Below, one piece after another: positions 39,625 through 49,627 of a stretch of DNA of 64,000 nt (the first letter of the stretch is position 1; each line of letters opens with the position of its first letter). The notes under the pieces were generated by a model. It did not search any database and was not told the origin of the DNA. It worked only from the letters and a program-made list of their open reading frames with translations. Origin of the DNA: Bacteroidaceae bacterium (GTDB lineage Bacteria > Spirochaetota > Spirochaetia > Sphaerochaetales > Sphaerochaetaceae); the NCBI GenBank assembly GCA_963599445.1, contig CAVBWZ010000012.1, positions 11,811-75,810 of the forward strand, in the 5' to 3' direction. Made by a program: the position numbers and the translations under genes.

Positions 39625-40488
39625 TCAGCGAACCACGAACCTTTCCAAAGCCTCGGCGACTGCGCTGTTGTTGCAGTCGTTTTCCGTTATATAGCGGGCA
39701 ACCGCCTTTATGTCGTCAGGTGCGTTCTTCACCGTCACGGGAACGCCTACGATTCTAAGCATGTCTATGTCGTTGTAATAGTCTCCTATGGCAAGGACGT
39801 TGCCTCTTTCTATGCCATAGTGGCGGCACAGGGCATCGACGGCGGTTCCCTTGTTCACTCCCTTTGGAACTATCTCAAGGTACATTGGAGAGGATAGGAA
39901 GCAGTCCACTTCATTGGAGTACCTTTCAAGGATGGCGTCCATGAGCCTTTTCACTTTGTCCGTGTCGCTGTGGACCCCCAAAAGCTTGTTGGGGCTTGTG
40001 TGGTTGAAGAACTCTGTCAAATTCTCAACGACTCCAATGGTGTCGGTGGCATCGGCCTCCGATTTGACCCAGTCGGGATGTCCCGGGTCTATGTACCAGT
40101 CGTTGCGGTGGTATGCAAAGCAAAGGCACCCCATGGCCTTTATGAGGTCGTTTATCTTGGTCGCAAGCCTTCCGTCCACGATGTTCTCTTCTATTATCGT
40201 TCCGTCCCAGTCCTCTATGAGGCAGCCTCCCAAGGATGGCACGACGCCCGTTATCCCAATCTCGTTCATGTAGCGTCTTACGGACGGTGCAATGCGGCCC
40301 GATATTATCGCAAAGTGTATTCCTTCCTCCAAAACGGCCTTTCGTATGGCCTCTCTGTTTCTTGGGGAGAGCTTCTTGTAGTCGTCGACGAGGGTGCTGT
40401 CGACATCGCTGCATATCAGTTTCGTCTTCATTGCATTACTATTGGAATTGTTCATTTTGCGTGTCCCATCCATAAAGTTGCTCCTCAA
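39625..40488 (-). CDS. Cof-type HAD-IIB family hydrolase
   Basis: LICSDVDSTLVDD motif I and GDYYNDIDML motif IV. The likely start is an internal Met at 40455 or 40431. Confidence 0.85.
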   Translation of the reverse strand: MRSNFMDGTRKMNNSNSNAMKTKLICSDVDSTLVDDYKKLSPRNREAIRKAVLEEGIHFAIISGRIAPSVRRYMNEIGITGVVPSLGGCLIEDWDGTIIEENIVDGRLATKINDLIKAMGCLCFAYHRNDWYIDPGHPDWVKSEADATDTIGVVENLTEFFNHTSPNKLLGVHSDTDKVKRLMDAILERYSNEVDCFLSSPMYLEIVPKGVNKGTAVDALCRHYGIERGNVLAIGDYYNDIDMLRIVGVPVTVKNAPDDIKAVARYITENDCNNSAVAEALERFVVR

Positions 40489-40509
40489 TGAAAGACTTTT
40501 AATGTATGA

Positions 40510-41619
40510 TTGTCAAGAAGAGGTTTTGATGGAGGTTTCGCTTTGAAGAGATTCCTTAAAGTCCTGTTAGGCATCGTGGCGTTCGTTCTGTTGGTTGTTC
40601 TCATCTATGTGGCGTATGTTCTCATCGACTACCACAGACTGGACGACAATATGGTCCTTGCTGTTGAGGACCCCGTTTCGCCTCAAAGGTCTGTCCCTGT
40701 AGGCACGCAGCAGAGCATCGTTTCGTGGAACATAGGTTTTGGGGCGTATGAGGACGACTATGACTTCTTCATGGACGGCGGTAGGCAGTCCTGGGCCAAG
40801 AGCAAGGAAGATCTAGAGGCCAACATGTCCAAGATAGGAGCTGCTTTGAAGACTTTGGACGCACCGTTCAACCTCATCCAGGAAGTGGACTTCGATGCGA
40901 CACGGTCATATCACGTTGACGAAAGGACGTACATAACTCATGCCCTTGAGGGTCAGAACCATGTGTTCGCCCAGAACTACGATTCTCCGTTCCTTTTCTA
41001 TCCGTTCTACCAGCCGCACGGAAAGTCCAGGGCCGGAATCATGACGTTCTCCGTCTACTCCATTGCAAGCGCCGTGCGCCGCAGCCTGCCGATAGAGGAC
41101 TCGCTCATGAAGCTCGTGGATCTTGACCGCTGCTACAGCGTGTCGCGCATCCCAACTGACAACGGAAGGGAGCTTGTGCTGTACAATCTTCACCTATCTG
41201 CATATACATCAGATGGCACGATTGCCATAGAGCAGCTTGAAATGCTCCTTTCCGACATGCAGGCGGAATACGAGAAGGGAAACTACTGCATTGGCGGCGG
41301 CGACTTCAACAAGGATGTCGTAGGCCGTGGAGTGGAGGCCTTTGGCATAGAGGAGACTGAGTTCTCGTGGGCCCAGCCAATCCCAGCAGAGGTGTTCGAG
41401 TCCAAAGAGATACGTCTGGTAGCACCATACGATGAGTCCAATCCCATCGCCAGCTGCCGCAACCCAAGCGAGGCCTATTGGGAAGGCCAGTATCAGATAA
41501 CGGTGGACGGCTTCCTGGTAAGTCCAAACGTAACTGTGATGGAGAGCCATGTTGTTGATGAGCGCTTTGAGTGCTCGGACCACAACCCTGTGTATATGAC
41601 GTTCGTTCTTGAGCCTTGA
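40510..41619 (+). CDS. membrane-anchored endonuclease/exonuclease/phosphatase family protein
   Basis: N-terminal TM anchor, WNIGFG and CSDHNPVYMTF EEP motifs. Alternative TTG start at 40543 follows GGAGG. Confidence 0.75.
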   Translation: MSRRGFDGGFALKRFLKVLLGIVAFVLLVVLIYVAYVLIDYHRLDDNMVLAVEDPVSPQRSVPVGTQQSIVSWNIGFGAYEDDYDFFMDGGRQSWAKSKEDLEANMSKIGAALKTLDAPFNLIQEVDFDATRSYHVDERTYITHALEGQNHVFAQNYDSPFLFYPFYQPHGKSRAGIMTFSVYSIASAVRRSLPIEDSLMKLVDLDRCYSVSRIPTDNGRELVLYNLHLSAYTSDGTIAIEQLEMLLSDMQAEYEKGNYCIGGGDFNKDVVGRGVEAFGIEETEFSWAQPIPAEVFESKEIRLVAPYDESNPIASCRNPSEAYWEGQYQITVDGFLVSPNVTVMESHVVDERFECSDHNPVYMTFVLEP

Positions 41620-41699
41620 ATGTGGATTTTTGTGTGTTTGCGACCGTTTGGGACATCGGTCTGTTGAAAAAATGCGTTCAAGTAGGTAAATGATTCGTT

Positions 41700-42482
41700 A
41701 TGAAGTTGATATATATCGTGGAAGACCATAGCGTGATAAGGGAGGGCGTGAGGAGATACCTTGAGCTTGCGGGATACAAGGCCATGTCGTTTCCAAATCT
41801 GGCCTCTGCCCGTGAGGCTTTCAGAATAAAGAAGGCCGACCTGTTGATTCAGGATGTCATGCTTCCTGACGGGGATGGATTCGAATTCGTGAAGGAGCTT
41901 CGCAGTACATGCGATGTCCCGGTCATCTTCATGACGGCAAGGATCGCCGAGGAGGACCGCATCCACGGCTTTGAACTTGGTGCCGACGACTATATAACCA
42001 AGCCTTTCTCTCCAAAGGAGCTGGTGCTCAGGGTCCAGGCGATATTCAGGCGCATAGACGGCACTTCCGTAGAAGACGGTGCATCAAACGGCGTTGTCTC
42101 CAGCCTGCGGTTCTTCAGGGCCGGCCCGTCTTCAATGCTTTTCAGCGAAGCCGAGCACCGCATCGAGGTCGATGGTGTTTCCATGTCGTTGACTGCGGCC
42201 GAGTGGCGAATATTGACGCTTCTTATCGAAAACTCAAATAGGGTCATTCCTAGGTCCGAGATGCTTCAGAAATGCTTCGACTATTCGTCTGAGGCCTACG
42301 AGAGGATCGTTGACACGCACATAAAGAACCTTAGGGCCAAGCTTGGCGATGCGCCTTGGATAGAGACCGTTAGGGGCTACGGCTACAGGTTCATAGGATA
42401 TGCATCCGAGCCTGGGCTGTCCGATGTGAAGAACGCATCCGGCATGAAGGGCGAATACGGAACAGAGGAAGAGGATAGATGA
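41700..42482 (+). CDS. OmpR-family response regulator
   Basis: Receiver domain (DLLIQDVMLPDGDG) plus winged-helix C-terminus (IETVRGYGYRF). Confidence 0.9.
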   Translation: MKLIYIVEDHSVIREGVRRYLELAGYKAMSFPNLASAREAFRIKKADLLIQDVMLPDGDGFEFVKELRSTCDVPVIFMTARIAEEDRIHGFELGADDYITKPFSPKELVLRVQAIFRRIDGTSVEDGASNGVVSSLRFFRAGPSSMLFSEAEHRIEVDGVSMSLTAAEWRILTLLIENSNRVIPRSEMLQKCFDYSSEAYERIVDTHIKNLRAKLGDAPWIETVRGYGYRFIGYASEPGLSDVKNASGMKGEYGTEEEDR

Positions 42483-44023
42483 AAAAGGCCTTCTTCAAGT
42501 ACTTCATAAGCATATTCTCCATAACCGTCGTGACGATCCTCCTTCAAAGCATCATCCTTGTGGTGCAGTATTCGCACAGCCAGACCAAGTGGAGGACCAG
42601 CGTCTACAACGATTTCGTGGATGCCTTGGAGGAGAGCATAGAAAGCGGACGCTTCAAGGACTTTGGCCTTGGAAGCCTGAGGCTTATAATGTCGTCCTTG
42701 GATGACAACAGGGTATCGGGCTACGTGGTCAGAGACACCAAGGGCAGTACAATGTTCACCTTTGGAAAGACATCAGAGGGCAGGATGCTTGCAGCCATAC
42801 TTCCTGCCGACCAGGAGCCATCGGCCTCATCTGCATCAGATGGAAGGCTCATGTCCACGGATTCTCACAACACGGTGAGGCTCAACGTCGTGTTCTCGGA
42901 CGATTCCCTGGAAAGCGTGGAGGGCTCGGATGCCTTTGTCCTGTCCAGCGATGCAGACAGCTTCATGGTCGTGGAACGAAAATCCCCCTACGGCAAGTAC
43001 CAGACGTATCTTGTTCTCCCAAATGCAATAAATGCCGATGACATAGTGGGTTCCATAACATTGGCCTTCGAAGGGGAGGATCTTTTCATAATAGACCTTT
43101 TGACATACTCCCCAAGGACCTACGCCTACTCCAAGGATGTCTTCGACTCCTGTCTTAGAGGTGTGGTGGTGTCGATTCCTGTGTGTCTTGTAATAGCATT
43201 GATCGCCGCATGGGTCATAAGCTCCCGTAACATAAGGTTCATAGACAACGTGCGCAATGCATTGAAGAAACTGGCAAGGGGAGAGACCAATGTCAAGCTT
43301 GAGCGCAACCACAACAGCGAGCTTGATGAGATCTCCATTGCCGTAGAGGACCTGGACGAGGAGCTTCAGAAGAACGCCATGAGCCGTAGGGCTTGGCTCA
43401 GCAGTATATCCCATGACCTCAACACACCGGCAAGTGCAATCAAGATGATGGTGGACGGCATGGGTGACGGAGTGTTCCCTCTTGATGAAACATCAATTGA
43501 GGAGCTTCGCAGGGAATCCGATACCCTCAACGAGCGTATAGGCAAGGTCATAGACTTCTCCTCCATGCAGGCGGACTCTACGCCCGTCATAGACGAGGTT
43601 CCCGTGGCGGTGCTTGAGAACTGCATAGTGAACAGTCTTCCTTTCCTGAAGGATGGCTCCAGACATGTAACGTTTGAGCATGTTTCAGACAATGTGAAAT
43701 GCGATGTGGTACTCATGACACGTGCCTGCATGGAGCTTATAAAGAACGCATTCGAATATGGAGAGGTCGATGGTCCTGTCGTCCTCCGCGCAGGAGAAGA
43801 CGCCCGTGGTTGCTTCGTATGCGTAGAGAACAAGGGCTCTATTCCAAAGGACATCGAGGACGGAAGCTTCCTTGAACCTTGGATAAGGGGTGACTGGTCC
43901 AGAACCAGAGGTGGTTCAGGCCTTGGCCTTCCAATAGTATGCACCGTAGCCAGACTCCACGGCGGGGCTGTGGCTTTGGAGAATGTGGAAGGCGGTATGG
44001 TGAGGGCTACGATTCGTTGGTAG
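42479..44023 (+). CDS. sensor histidine kinase
   Basis: H-box SISHDLNTPASAI, N-box and G2 GGSGLGLPIV. Two TM segments flank a sensor domain of about 190 aa. Start overlaps the regulator stop. Confidence 0.9.
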   Translation: MKKAFFKYFISIFSITVVTILLQSIILVVQYSHSQTKWRTSVYNDFVDALEESIESGRFKDFGLGSLRLIMSSLDDNRVSGYVVRDTKGSTMFTFGKTSEGRMLAAILPADQEPSASSASDGRLMSTDSHNTVRLNVVFSDDSLESVEGSDAFVLSSDADSFMVVERKSPYGKYQTYLVLPNAINADDIVGSITLAFEGEDLFIIDLLTYSPRTYAYSKDVFDSCLRGVVVSIPVCLVIALIAAWVISSRNIRFIDNVRNALKKLARGETNVKLERNHNSELDEISIAVEDLDEELQKNAMSRRAWLSSISHDLNTPASAIKMMVDGMGDGVFPLDETSIEELRRESDTLNERIGKVIDFSSMQADSTPVIDEVPVAVLENCIVNSLPFLKDGSRHVTFEHVSDNVKCDVVLMTRACMELIKNAFEYGEVDGPVVLRAGEDARGCFVCVENKGSIPKDIEDGSFLEPWIRGDWSRTRGGSGLGLPIVCTVARLHGGAVALENVEGGMVRATIRW

Positions 44024-44061
44024 CCCTAGCTGGTTTGTTCCAGGTTCGAATGGAGACGCAC

Positions 44062-46386
44062 TCAGGCCTTGAACCTCTTGAGGCTCAAGGCGTTGAGCAC
44101 GACGGACAGGCTTGAAAGGCTCATGCACAGCGCCGCTATCATTGGATCAAGCGTTGGTCCTCCAAACAGTGTGAGAAGTCCCGCCGCAACTGGAATTCCA
44201 AGCGTATTGTAGAAGAATGCCCAGAACAGGCTGTGTTTTATGTTCCTGATGGTCGCTCTGCTAAGGCGTATTGCAGTAGGTACTGAGTTGAGGTTGCTGT
44301 TCATGATCACAACGTCTGCAACCTGCATTGCGGCATCCGTTCCACAGCCCATTGCAATGCCTATGCCTGCTTTTTCAAGGGCAGGTGCATCGTTTATGCC
44401 ATCGCCAACCATTATGCTGTCCTTTGCCTTTTCTATGAACGAGAGCTTGTCCTGTGGCATGAGCGATGCATGGAAACCGTCAAGACCCGCCTGCTTTGCA
44501 ATGACTGCGGCTGTCTTCTGGTTGTCTCCTGTAAGCATGGTGGATTCAAGTCCAAGCCCACGGAGCTTTGCAACCGCTTCCTTCGCCTCCGGCCTCAAGG
44601 TGTCCTCTATCATGACAAGTCCCTTGTACTGACCGTTGAGCGCAACGTATATCTGAGCTTGGGCGTCCTCCTTTGGCATCTCTATGTTGTTGTCCTCCAT
44701 GAGGGCTCTGTTTCCTGCAAGGATCACACCCTCTGGAACGGTCGCCCTTATGCCTTTGCCTACTATGGCTTCGAAGGAGACGCCTTCAGCGGAGTCTGAA
44801 GCTCCGAGTCTTTCTATCGTGCAGCTTTGGTCGCATTCTTTGCCTTCGTTTCCATTGTTTCCATTGCCGCCCTCTATGGCGTTCTTCGAGGCTTCGTCCT
44901 CGTATGCTTCAAGGATGGCCTTTGCGTAGGGGTGTTCGGATCTGCGCTCGGCCAATGCGGCTAAGCGGAGCGTGCCAAAATCGGTATAGAATGAGACTTT
45001 GGGCTTTCCTTGGGTCAGAGTCCCTGTCTTGTCGAACATGACGGTTTTCATGCTGGATAGCTGTTCGAGGGCCTGTGCACTGCGAAAGAGTATTCCAAGT
45101 GAGGCCGCCTTGCCGGTCGAGACCATTATTGCAATTGGGGTGGCAAGTCCAAGTGAGCATGGGCAGGCTATGACGAGTACGCTTACGGCGCACCTAAGGG
45201 CGAACGAGATGTCTCGTCCTGCAAGAAGCCATGCAACGAGGGTGACAAGCGAGATCGACATGACGATTGGCACGAACACTCCCGATACCTTGTCCGCAAG
45301 CCTTGCTATTGGGGCCTTGGATGCCTGTGCCTGTTTGACCATCTCTATGATGGATGAGAGGACAGTGTCCTTGCCTATCTTCTGCGTTTTGAATATGAAC
45401 GAGCCGTTGGTGTTTATCGTGGCGCCCCATACCTGAGAGCCAACCGTTTTGGATACGGGTAGGCTTTCGCCCGTGAGCATGCTTTCGTCTATGTCGCTTG
45501 CGCCTTCCACCACGATTCCGTCTGCGGCTATCTTCTCGCCGGGATGCACCAGAATGAGGTCGCCAACCGCTATGTCCTTTGCGTCTATCTCAACGTTCTT
45601 TCCGTCCTTGACAAGCGTGGCCTTGGCCGGTGCAAGGTTCATGAGGCTTCGTATGGAGTCGCCGGCCTTCCTTCTTGACCTGAGCTCTATGTGCTTTCCC
45701 ACCATCACCAGCGTGATTATCATTGCCACGCCCTCAAAGTATAGGTGAGGGTGCTCCATTGCCATGCCCGCCATCTCCATTGCTTCCATCGTGTGGCCCA
45801 TTGCCATGTGCTGGGCCGCTGTTTGTGCCGCCTGGGCATTGGCTACCGTAGTCTGTATGAGGTTCACAAGGCTGTACACAAAGCTCGCCGTCGCACCCGT
45901 GGCCACAAGGCTGTCCATGTTGGGCTGTAGCTTGAACAGGTTGAAGAACCCCTTGGTGAAGAACGTGTAGCCCGCAATCATCACCGGTATGCATAGGGCC
46001 ATCTGGATCCAGCCCGATGTCATTGGCATTGACGGCACCACCATGGGACCCATGCACAATATGAAAAGCGGAACGGTGAACGCAATGCAGGTGTAGAGCC
46101 TTATGAGGTGCATCCTCTCGCTTTTCTTCTCCTGCCTTGATTCCTCGTCGCTCATGCCTCCTTGGCTATCGTCCTGCGGTGGGAGAAGCTGGAATCCAGC
46201 TTTCTTCACTATGCTTTGAAGTTCTTCGAAGGAGACCTTCTCTTCGTCGTATACTATGGTGGCTTCTTCGGCTGCAAGGCTCACCTGGGCGCTTTCCACG
46301 CCTTCCTTTCTTGAAAGTACCCTTTCCACGGATGCACTGCACGCCGCGCAGCTCATCCCTTTGACTCTGCAAATGACTTTCTTCAT
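44062..46386 (-). CDS. copA: copper-translocating P1B-type ATPase
   Basis: N-terminal [14 protein letters not shown] in TM6, DKTGTLT phosphorylation site, GDGINDAP hinge, and a Met/His-rich loop. Confidence 0.9.
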   Translation of the reverse strand: MKKVICRVKGMSCAACSASVERVLSRKEGVESAQVSLAAEEATIVYDEEKVSFEELQSIVKKAGFQLLPPQDDSQGGMSDEESRQEKKSERMHLIRLYTCIAFTVPLFILCMGPMVVPSMPMTSGWIQMALCIPVMIAGYTFFTKGFFNLFKLQPNMDSLVATGATASFVYSLVNLIQTTVANAQAAQTAAQHMAMGHTMEAMEMAGMAMEHPHLYFEGVAMIITLVMVGKHIELRSRRKAGDSIRSLMNLAPAKATLVKDGKNVEIDAKDIAVGDLILVHPGEKIAADGIVVEGASDIDESMLTGESLPVSKTVGSQVWGATINTNGSFIFKTQKIGKDTVLSSIIEMVKQAQASKAPIARLADKVSGVFVPIVMSISLVTLVAWLLAGRDISFALRCAVSVLVIACPCSLGLATPIAIMVSTGKAASLGILFRSAQALEQLSSMKTVMFDKTGTLTQGKPKVSFYTDFGTLRLAALAERRSEHPYAKAILEAYEDEASKNAIEGGNGNNGNEGKECDQSCTIERLGASDSAEGVSFEAIVGKGIRATVPEGVILAGNRALMEDNNIEMPKEDAQAQIYVALNGQYKGLVMIEDTLRPEAKEAVAKLRGLGLESTMLTGDNQKTAAVIAKQAGLDGFHASLMPQDKLSFIEKAKDSIMVGDGINDAPALEKAGIGIAMGCGTDAAMQVADVVIMNSNLNSVPTAIRLSRATIRNIKHSLFWAFFYNTLGIPVAAGLLTLFGGPTLDPMIAALCMSLSSLSVVLNALSLKRFKA

Positions 46387-46393
46387 GTGTTAG

Positions 46394-46422
46394 ATTATAC
46401 TAACTGCCCTTTTCTACGGCAA
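46394..46422 (-). promoter_or_regulatory. copA promoter (TTGCCG - 17 nt - TATAAT), -10 ends 7 nt before the ATG
   Basis: Read on the minus strand: TTGCCGTAGAAAAGGGCAGTTAGTATAATCTAACACATG. No Shine-Dalgarno between the -10 and the start codon. Confidence 0.5.
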
Positions 46423-46469
46423 GTGTTGTATCAAACGGGTGTTGTATTAAACGGTGTTGTATTAAACGG
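46423..46469. repeat. three tandem 15-16 bp direct repeats GTGTTGTAT(C/T)AAACGG abutting the copA -35
   Basis: Repeat units at 46423-46438, 46439-46453 and 46454-46469. Confidence 0.8.
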
Positions 46470-46556
46470 ACAAGCTCTGTATGATTGCTGTCGTGTGGGT
46501 TGAACCACGATTTTTGTTTGGCTGGCATCGTCGATGTCCTAGCAAAGGAGAGTACT

Positions 46557-47390
46557 ATGGATTTCAAAAGAATTCTTACAATTCAGGACATTTCATGTGT
46601 AGGACAGTGCTCACTCACCGTTGCACTTCCAATACTCTCCGCCTGTGGGCTTGAGACTGCAATCCTTCCTTCCGCGGTTCTTTCGACGCATACCGGAGGA
46701 TTCACCGGCTACACATTCCGCGACCTCACGGACGATATACCAGCCATAGCTGCGCATTGGGAGAAGGAAGGCATTGGCTTCGATGCCGTCTACACCGGTT
46801 ATCTTGGAAGCTCAAAGCAGATTTCATACGTCATGGACATCATGTCATCTCCTCTTATGAATGCAGGGGCTTTGAAGATCGTCGACCCAGCCATGGCTGA
46901 CAACGGTACCCTCTACTACGGCTTCAACAATGCCTTCGTAAAGGAAATGAAGAAGCTTTGCTCAGTTGCCGACTTCGTCCTTCCCAACATAACGGAAGCC
47001 TGTTTTCTTACAGACCACGAGTACAAGGAAGTCTATGACGAAGCCTATATAAAGGGTCTTCTTGTAGAGCTTGCCTCATTCTGCAAAGGTACGATTGTTC
47101 TCACAGGTGTGAGCTACGACAGCGCTTCTACAGGTGTCGTCGTCTACCATGACGGCAAGATGGACTACTACCGCCACGTCAAGATAGAGGGTGGCTGCCA
47201 TGGAACAGGCGACATCTACGCCTCTGCATTCGTTGGAGCCCTCATGAACAGCCACGATGCGGTTTCATCCGCCAAGATAGCCGCTGACTACACTGTCAAG
47301 TGCATAGAAGTCACTCAGAGCGACAAGGACCACTGGTACGGAGCCCGCTTTGAGCCGGTGTTGGGCTCTCTCATCTCCGCAGTAAGGTAA
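46557..47390 (+). CDS. pdxK: pyridoxamine/pyridoxal kinase
   Basis: ILTIQDISCVGQCSLTVALPILSACG start and GTGDIYASAF ATP-site motif. ATG 46557 follows AAAGGAGAG. Confidence 0.85.
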   Translation: MDFKRILTIQDISCVGQCSLTVALPILSACGLETAILPSAVLSTHTGGFTGYTFRDLTDDIPAIAAHWEKEGIGFDAVYTGYLGSSKQISYVMDIMSSPLMNAGALKIVDPAMADNGTLYYGFNNAFVKEMKKLCSVADFVLPNITEACFLTDHEYKEVYDEAYIKGLLVELASFCKGTIVLTGVSYDSASTGVVVYHDGKMDYYRHVKIEGGCHGTGDIYASAFVGALMNSHDAVSSAKIAADYTVKCIEVTQSDKDHWYGARFEPVLGSLISAVR

Positions 47391-47500
47391 TTCTTGGTCT
47401 TTGAGTCGTCTTCTGCGTCACTGCACTCGGGTCGTACAGAGAGTACTGTCCCTTGCTCCTGTCCTTGTAGCTGAGCCAAAATCCCTGCGAATCGAGACTC
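47391..47500. repeat. family E noncoding repeat, second locus
   Basis: TTCTTGGTCTTTGAGTCGTCTTC..GTCACT.C..CGGG..GTACA.A.AGTACT.TC aligns at about 75% with 11015-11122. Starts at the base after the pdxK stop codon. Confidence 0.65.
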
Positions 47501-47868
47501 TTGGGCTTTTGGCTTCCACAAAAACTTGGAAAAACTCATTTCAGTGGAAGATTTTCCACTTCTTTTGCAGATTCTTCGATTTTTGTGGAAGTTTCCTCTT
47601 TGCGTTTTATATCGATTTCACAGAAAACGCGATTTAAATAGAAAAAAGTATATCGAAAACGAGAAAAACAAGATTTGGATACAAAACATTCGACTGTGTG
47701 CCAACCAAAAAACTGTTTTTGTGAAAGTTGCTTATTTTGCATCTCAACATTTTGCACGCGGTGCGTGCAAAATTTGGACAATTGTGAAATGGTCTTTGCA
47801 TAAAAACAGTAAAAGCAGCCTTTTATGCAAACAAAGTTTAATACTTGGGGTAAAATGCCGTTTTTATT

Positions 47869-48267
47869 GGCTCTTCACGTTTTCCTGGGGGATGAGCCTC
47901 TGACGGATGGGCAGGAGATGCCTCATGGAAGCTATTAGTCGGCCGTCTCGGCATCCGCTTCATGGCCGAAATGACATGAAAACATCGAAAAGGCATCTTT
48001 CTAGGCAAAACAATGCACACAAACAGCGGAAACAAGGCCTTTCATGTCATCATGCGTCGCCTGTACATCTGGACGCTCCAGAGCGCTCTACTTAAACCGT
48101 CTTGAAGCGTCATGACCGACACAAGAGCCTCAACCATCTCAAGGGCCACAGACATCCTCTATTGTTTCAACGGTCTTCAACGGCCCAGTGAGCCCCAACA
48201 GCCCCAAAGCTGGATGCTCTCTTTCGATTTCCACCCCAATACCCCCCCCAGCTTTCCGTGAAGAGCC
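47869..48267 (-). mobile_element. MITE-like element, copy C (399 bp), flanked by an 8-bp direct duplication
   Basis: GGCTCTTCACG ... CTTTCCGTGAAGAGCC termini. The right half is the reverse complement of the left half of copies A/B. TTTTTATT occurs at 47861-47868 and again at 48268-48275. Confidence 0.75.
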
Positions 48268-48421
48268 TTTTTATTACACCCTGAGATGTCTCCTTGATGG
48301 AAAGGACTTGGCTATGAAAAAGCTGGATTTTTCAAAGTTTTTTCAAAAACCGTGAATGGAAATGCGAGGTTTTCTTGAATTAGTTAGATAGAAGGCAAAA
48401 AACACAGAAAAGGAGGTGCTT

Positions 48422-49336
48422 ATGTTTTCTTATCTAAGGTTCGAGATGGAGAATTCCCAGGGGATTCCTGTGAAGGTGGAGATCGACCACAAAGCAGGGC
48501 TTTTGTCCTATGGAATTGCATTTGGAGAAGAGGGTGCGAAGGAATCCAAACGCCGCACGATGAGCAAATGGAAGTCTGACAGGTTCATCCGCAAGTGGCA
48601 CAAGGTAAGCTGCAACGACCTGCTCAAAGAGCTTGCGGCTTACCAGGAAACGCAGAAAGGTGATTATTGGCAGCTTTTCGTCAAGTACGACGATGTGGAT
48701 CTGGCCATTTCAGGGCAAAGGCCGGGTGCATCGCTGTTCGATTCGTTCATAGAGCCGCTCATGGAGCTGCTTGACGATACGTTTGGAATCACGCAGTTCG
48801 TGAAGGCTTCAAGGGTGGACCGGCTTGAGATAGAACTGTTCGATCCTTTTCCGGTTCCTGAAGAGCTTTCCTTCATGGAAGGTTCCGATGAATGCTGCCA
48901 TGTGGAGCATGTGAGCCTTTCAAGGGATGATTGGACTCTGGCCTATACGAGAAGATTCCCGCAAGGTTGTTTCCATAACAGCTATGAATGTCACTGTGAA
49001 GGTGAGATCCGCCAACTGTTGGACCAGACCTCCGACATCTTCGATGGAGGGGATTTGTTCAAAGGACATATAGGCGAGGAAGACGACCCAATCCTTACAT
49101 TCACATTCCATTTCCATGATGGAAACCAAGCGATGGTCAACAGAAGTCTTTCAAAGGATGGGACGGGCAGCCAGGTCTATGATGAATTGCTTGAAGTCAT
49201 TGGTCAGACCATAGGATGCACCGTCTTTGGAGGAGGGATGTTCGACCCTGATAGGAATGATGGCGGGAACGAACCTTCTGAAACGGCTTTCTTTGATGAA
49301 AGCTCTTCTATAGACCGATGCATGGGCGGTTCGTGA
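48422..49336 (+). CDS. hypothetical protein (acidic, Cys/His cluster)
   Basis: ATG lies 5 nt after AGGAGG. 304 aa. No family recognised. Contains ECCHVEH...CFHNSYECHC. Confidence 0.5.
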   Translation: MFSYLRFEMENSQGIPVKVEIDHKAGLLSYGIAFGEEGAKESKRRTMSKWKSDRFIRKWHKVSCNDLLKELAAYQETQKGDYWQLFVKYDDVDLAISGQRPGASLFDSFIEPLMELLDDTFGITQFVKASRVDRLEIELFDPFPVPEELSFMEGSDECCHVEHVSLSRDDWTLAYTRRFPQGCFHNSYECHCEGEIRQLLDQTSDIFDGGDLFKGHIGEEDDPILTFTFHFHDGNQAMVNRSLSKDGTGSQVYDELLEVIGQTIGCTVFGGGMFDPDRNDGGNEPSETAFFDESSSIDRCMGGS

Positions 49337-49399
49337 ATGGAATGCATTTGACATCGGTCTGTTTGATGTATATCATGATATATATCAAGGAGGATTCCT

Positions 49400-49627
49400 A
49401 TGGACACTGCAAAGGTTTTCGAAAACGGGAGGAGCCAGGCTGTAAGGCTTCCAAAGGATTTCAGATTCAAGGAGGACGAGGTGTTTGTGAATAAGATTGG
49501 TGATGTTGTGTTTTTGGTTCCAAAGGACAGCCCTTGGAGTGGGACCATGGCTGGTCTTGCAATGTTCTCTGGCGATTTCATGGAGGGCGGACGCAACCAA
49601 GGGGAGTTCGATGAAAGGTCGCTATGA
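49400..49627 (+). CDS. vapB: type II antitoxin VapB (AbrB/SpoVT fold)
   Basis: [19 protein letters not shown] is the canonical AbrB-type VapB start. Overlaps vapC by 4 nt. Confidence 0.85.
   Translation: MDTAKVFENGRSQAVRLPKDFRFKEDEVFVNKIGDVVFLVPKDSPWSGTMAGLAMFSGDFMEGGRNQGEFDERSL

Noticed and set aside
44024-44061. tRNA-like T-loop (AGGTTCGAATGGA)
   Set aside because: There is no acceptor or anticodon stems around it. It lies in the 38-nt gap between two convergent genes.
47505-47600. DnaA boxes / replication origin (TTTTCCAC, CTTCCACAAA words)
   Set aside because: The matches to TTATCCACA are only 6-7 of 9. No dnaA or dnaN is nearby. The words are better described as arms of inverted repeats.
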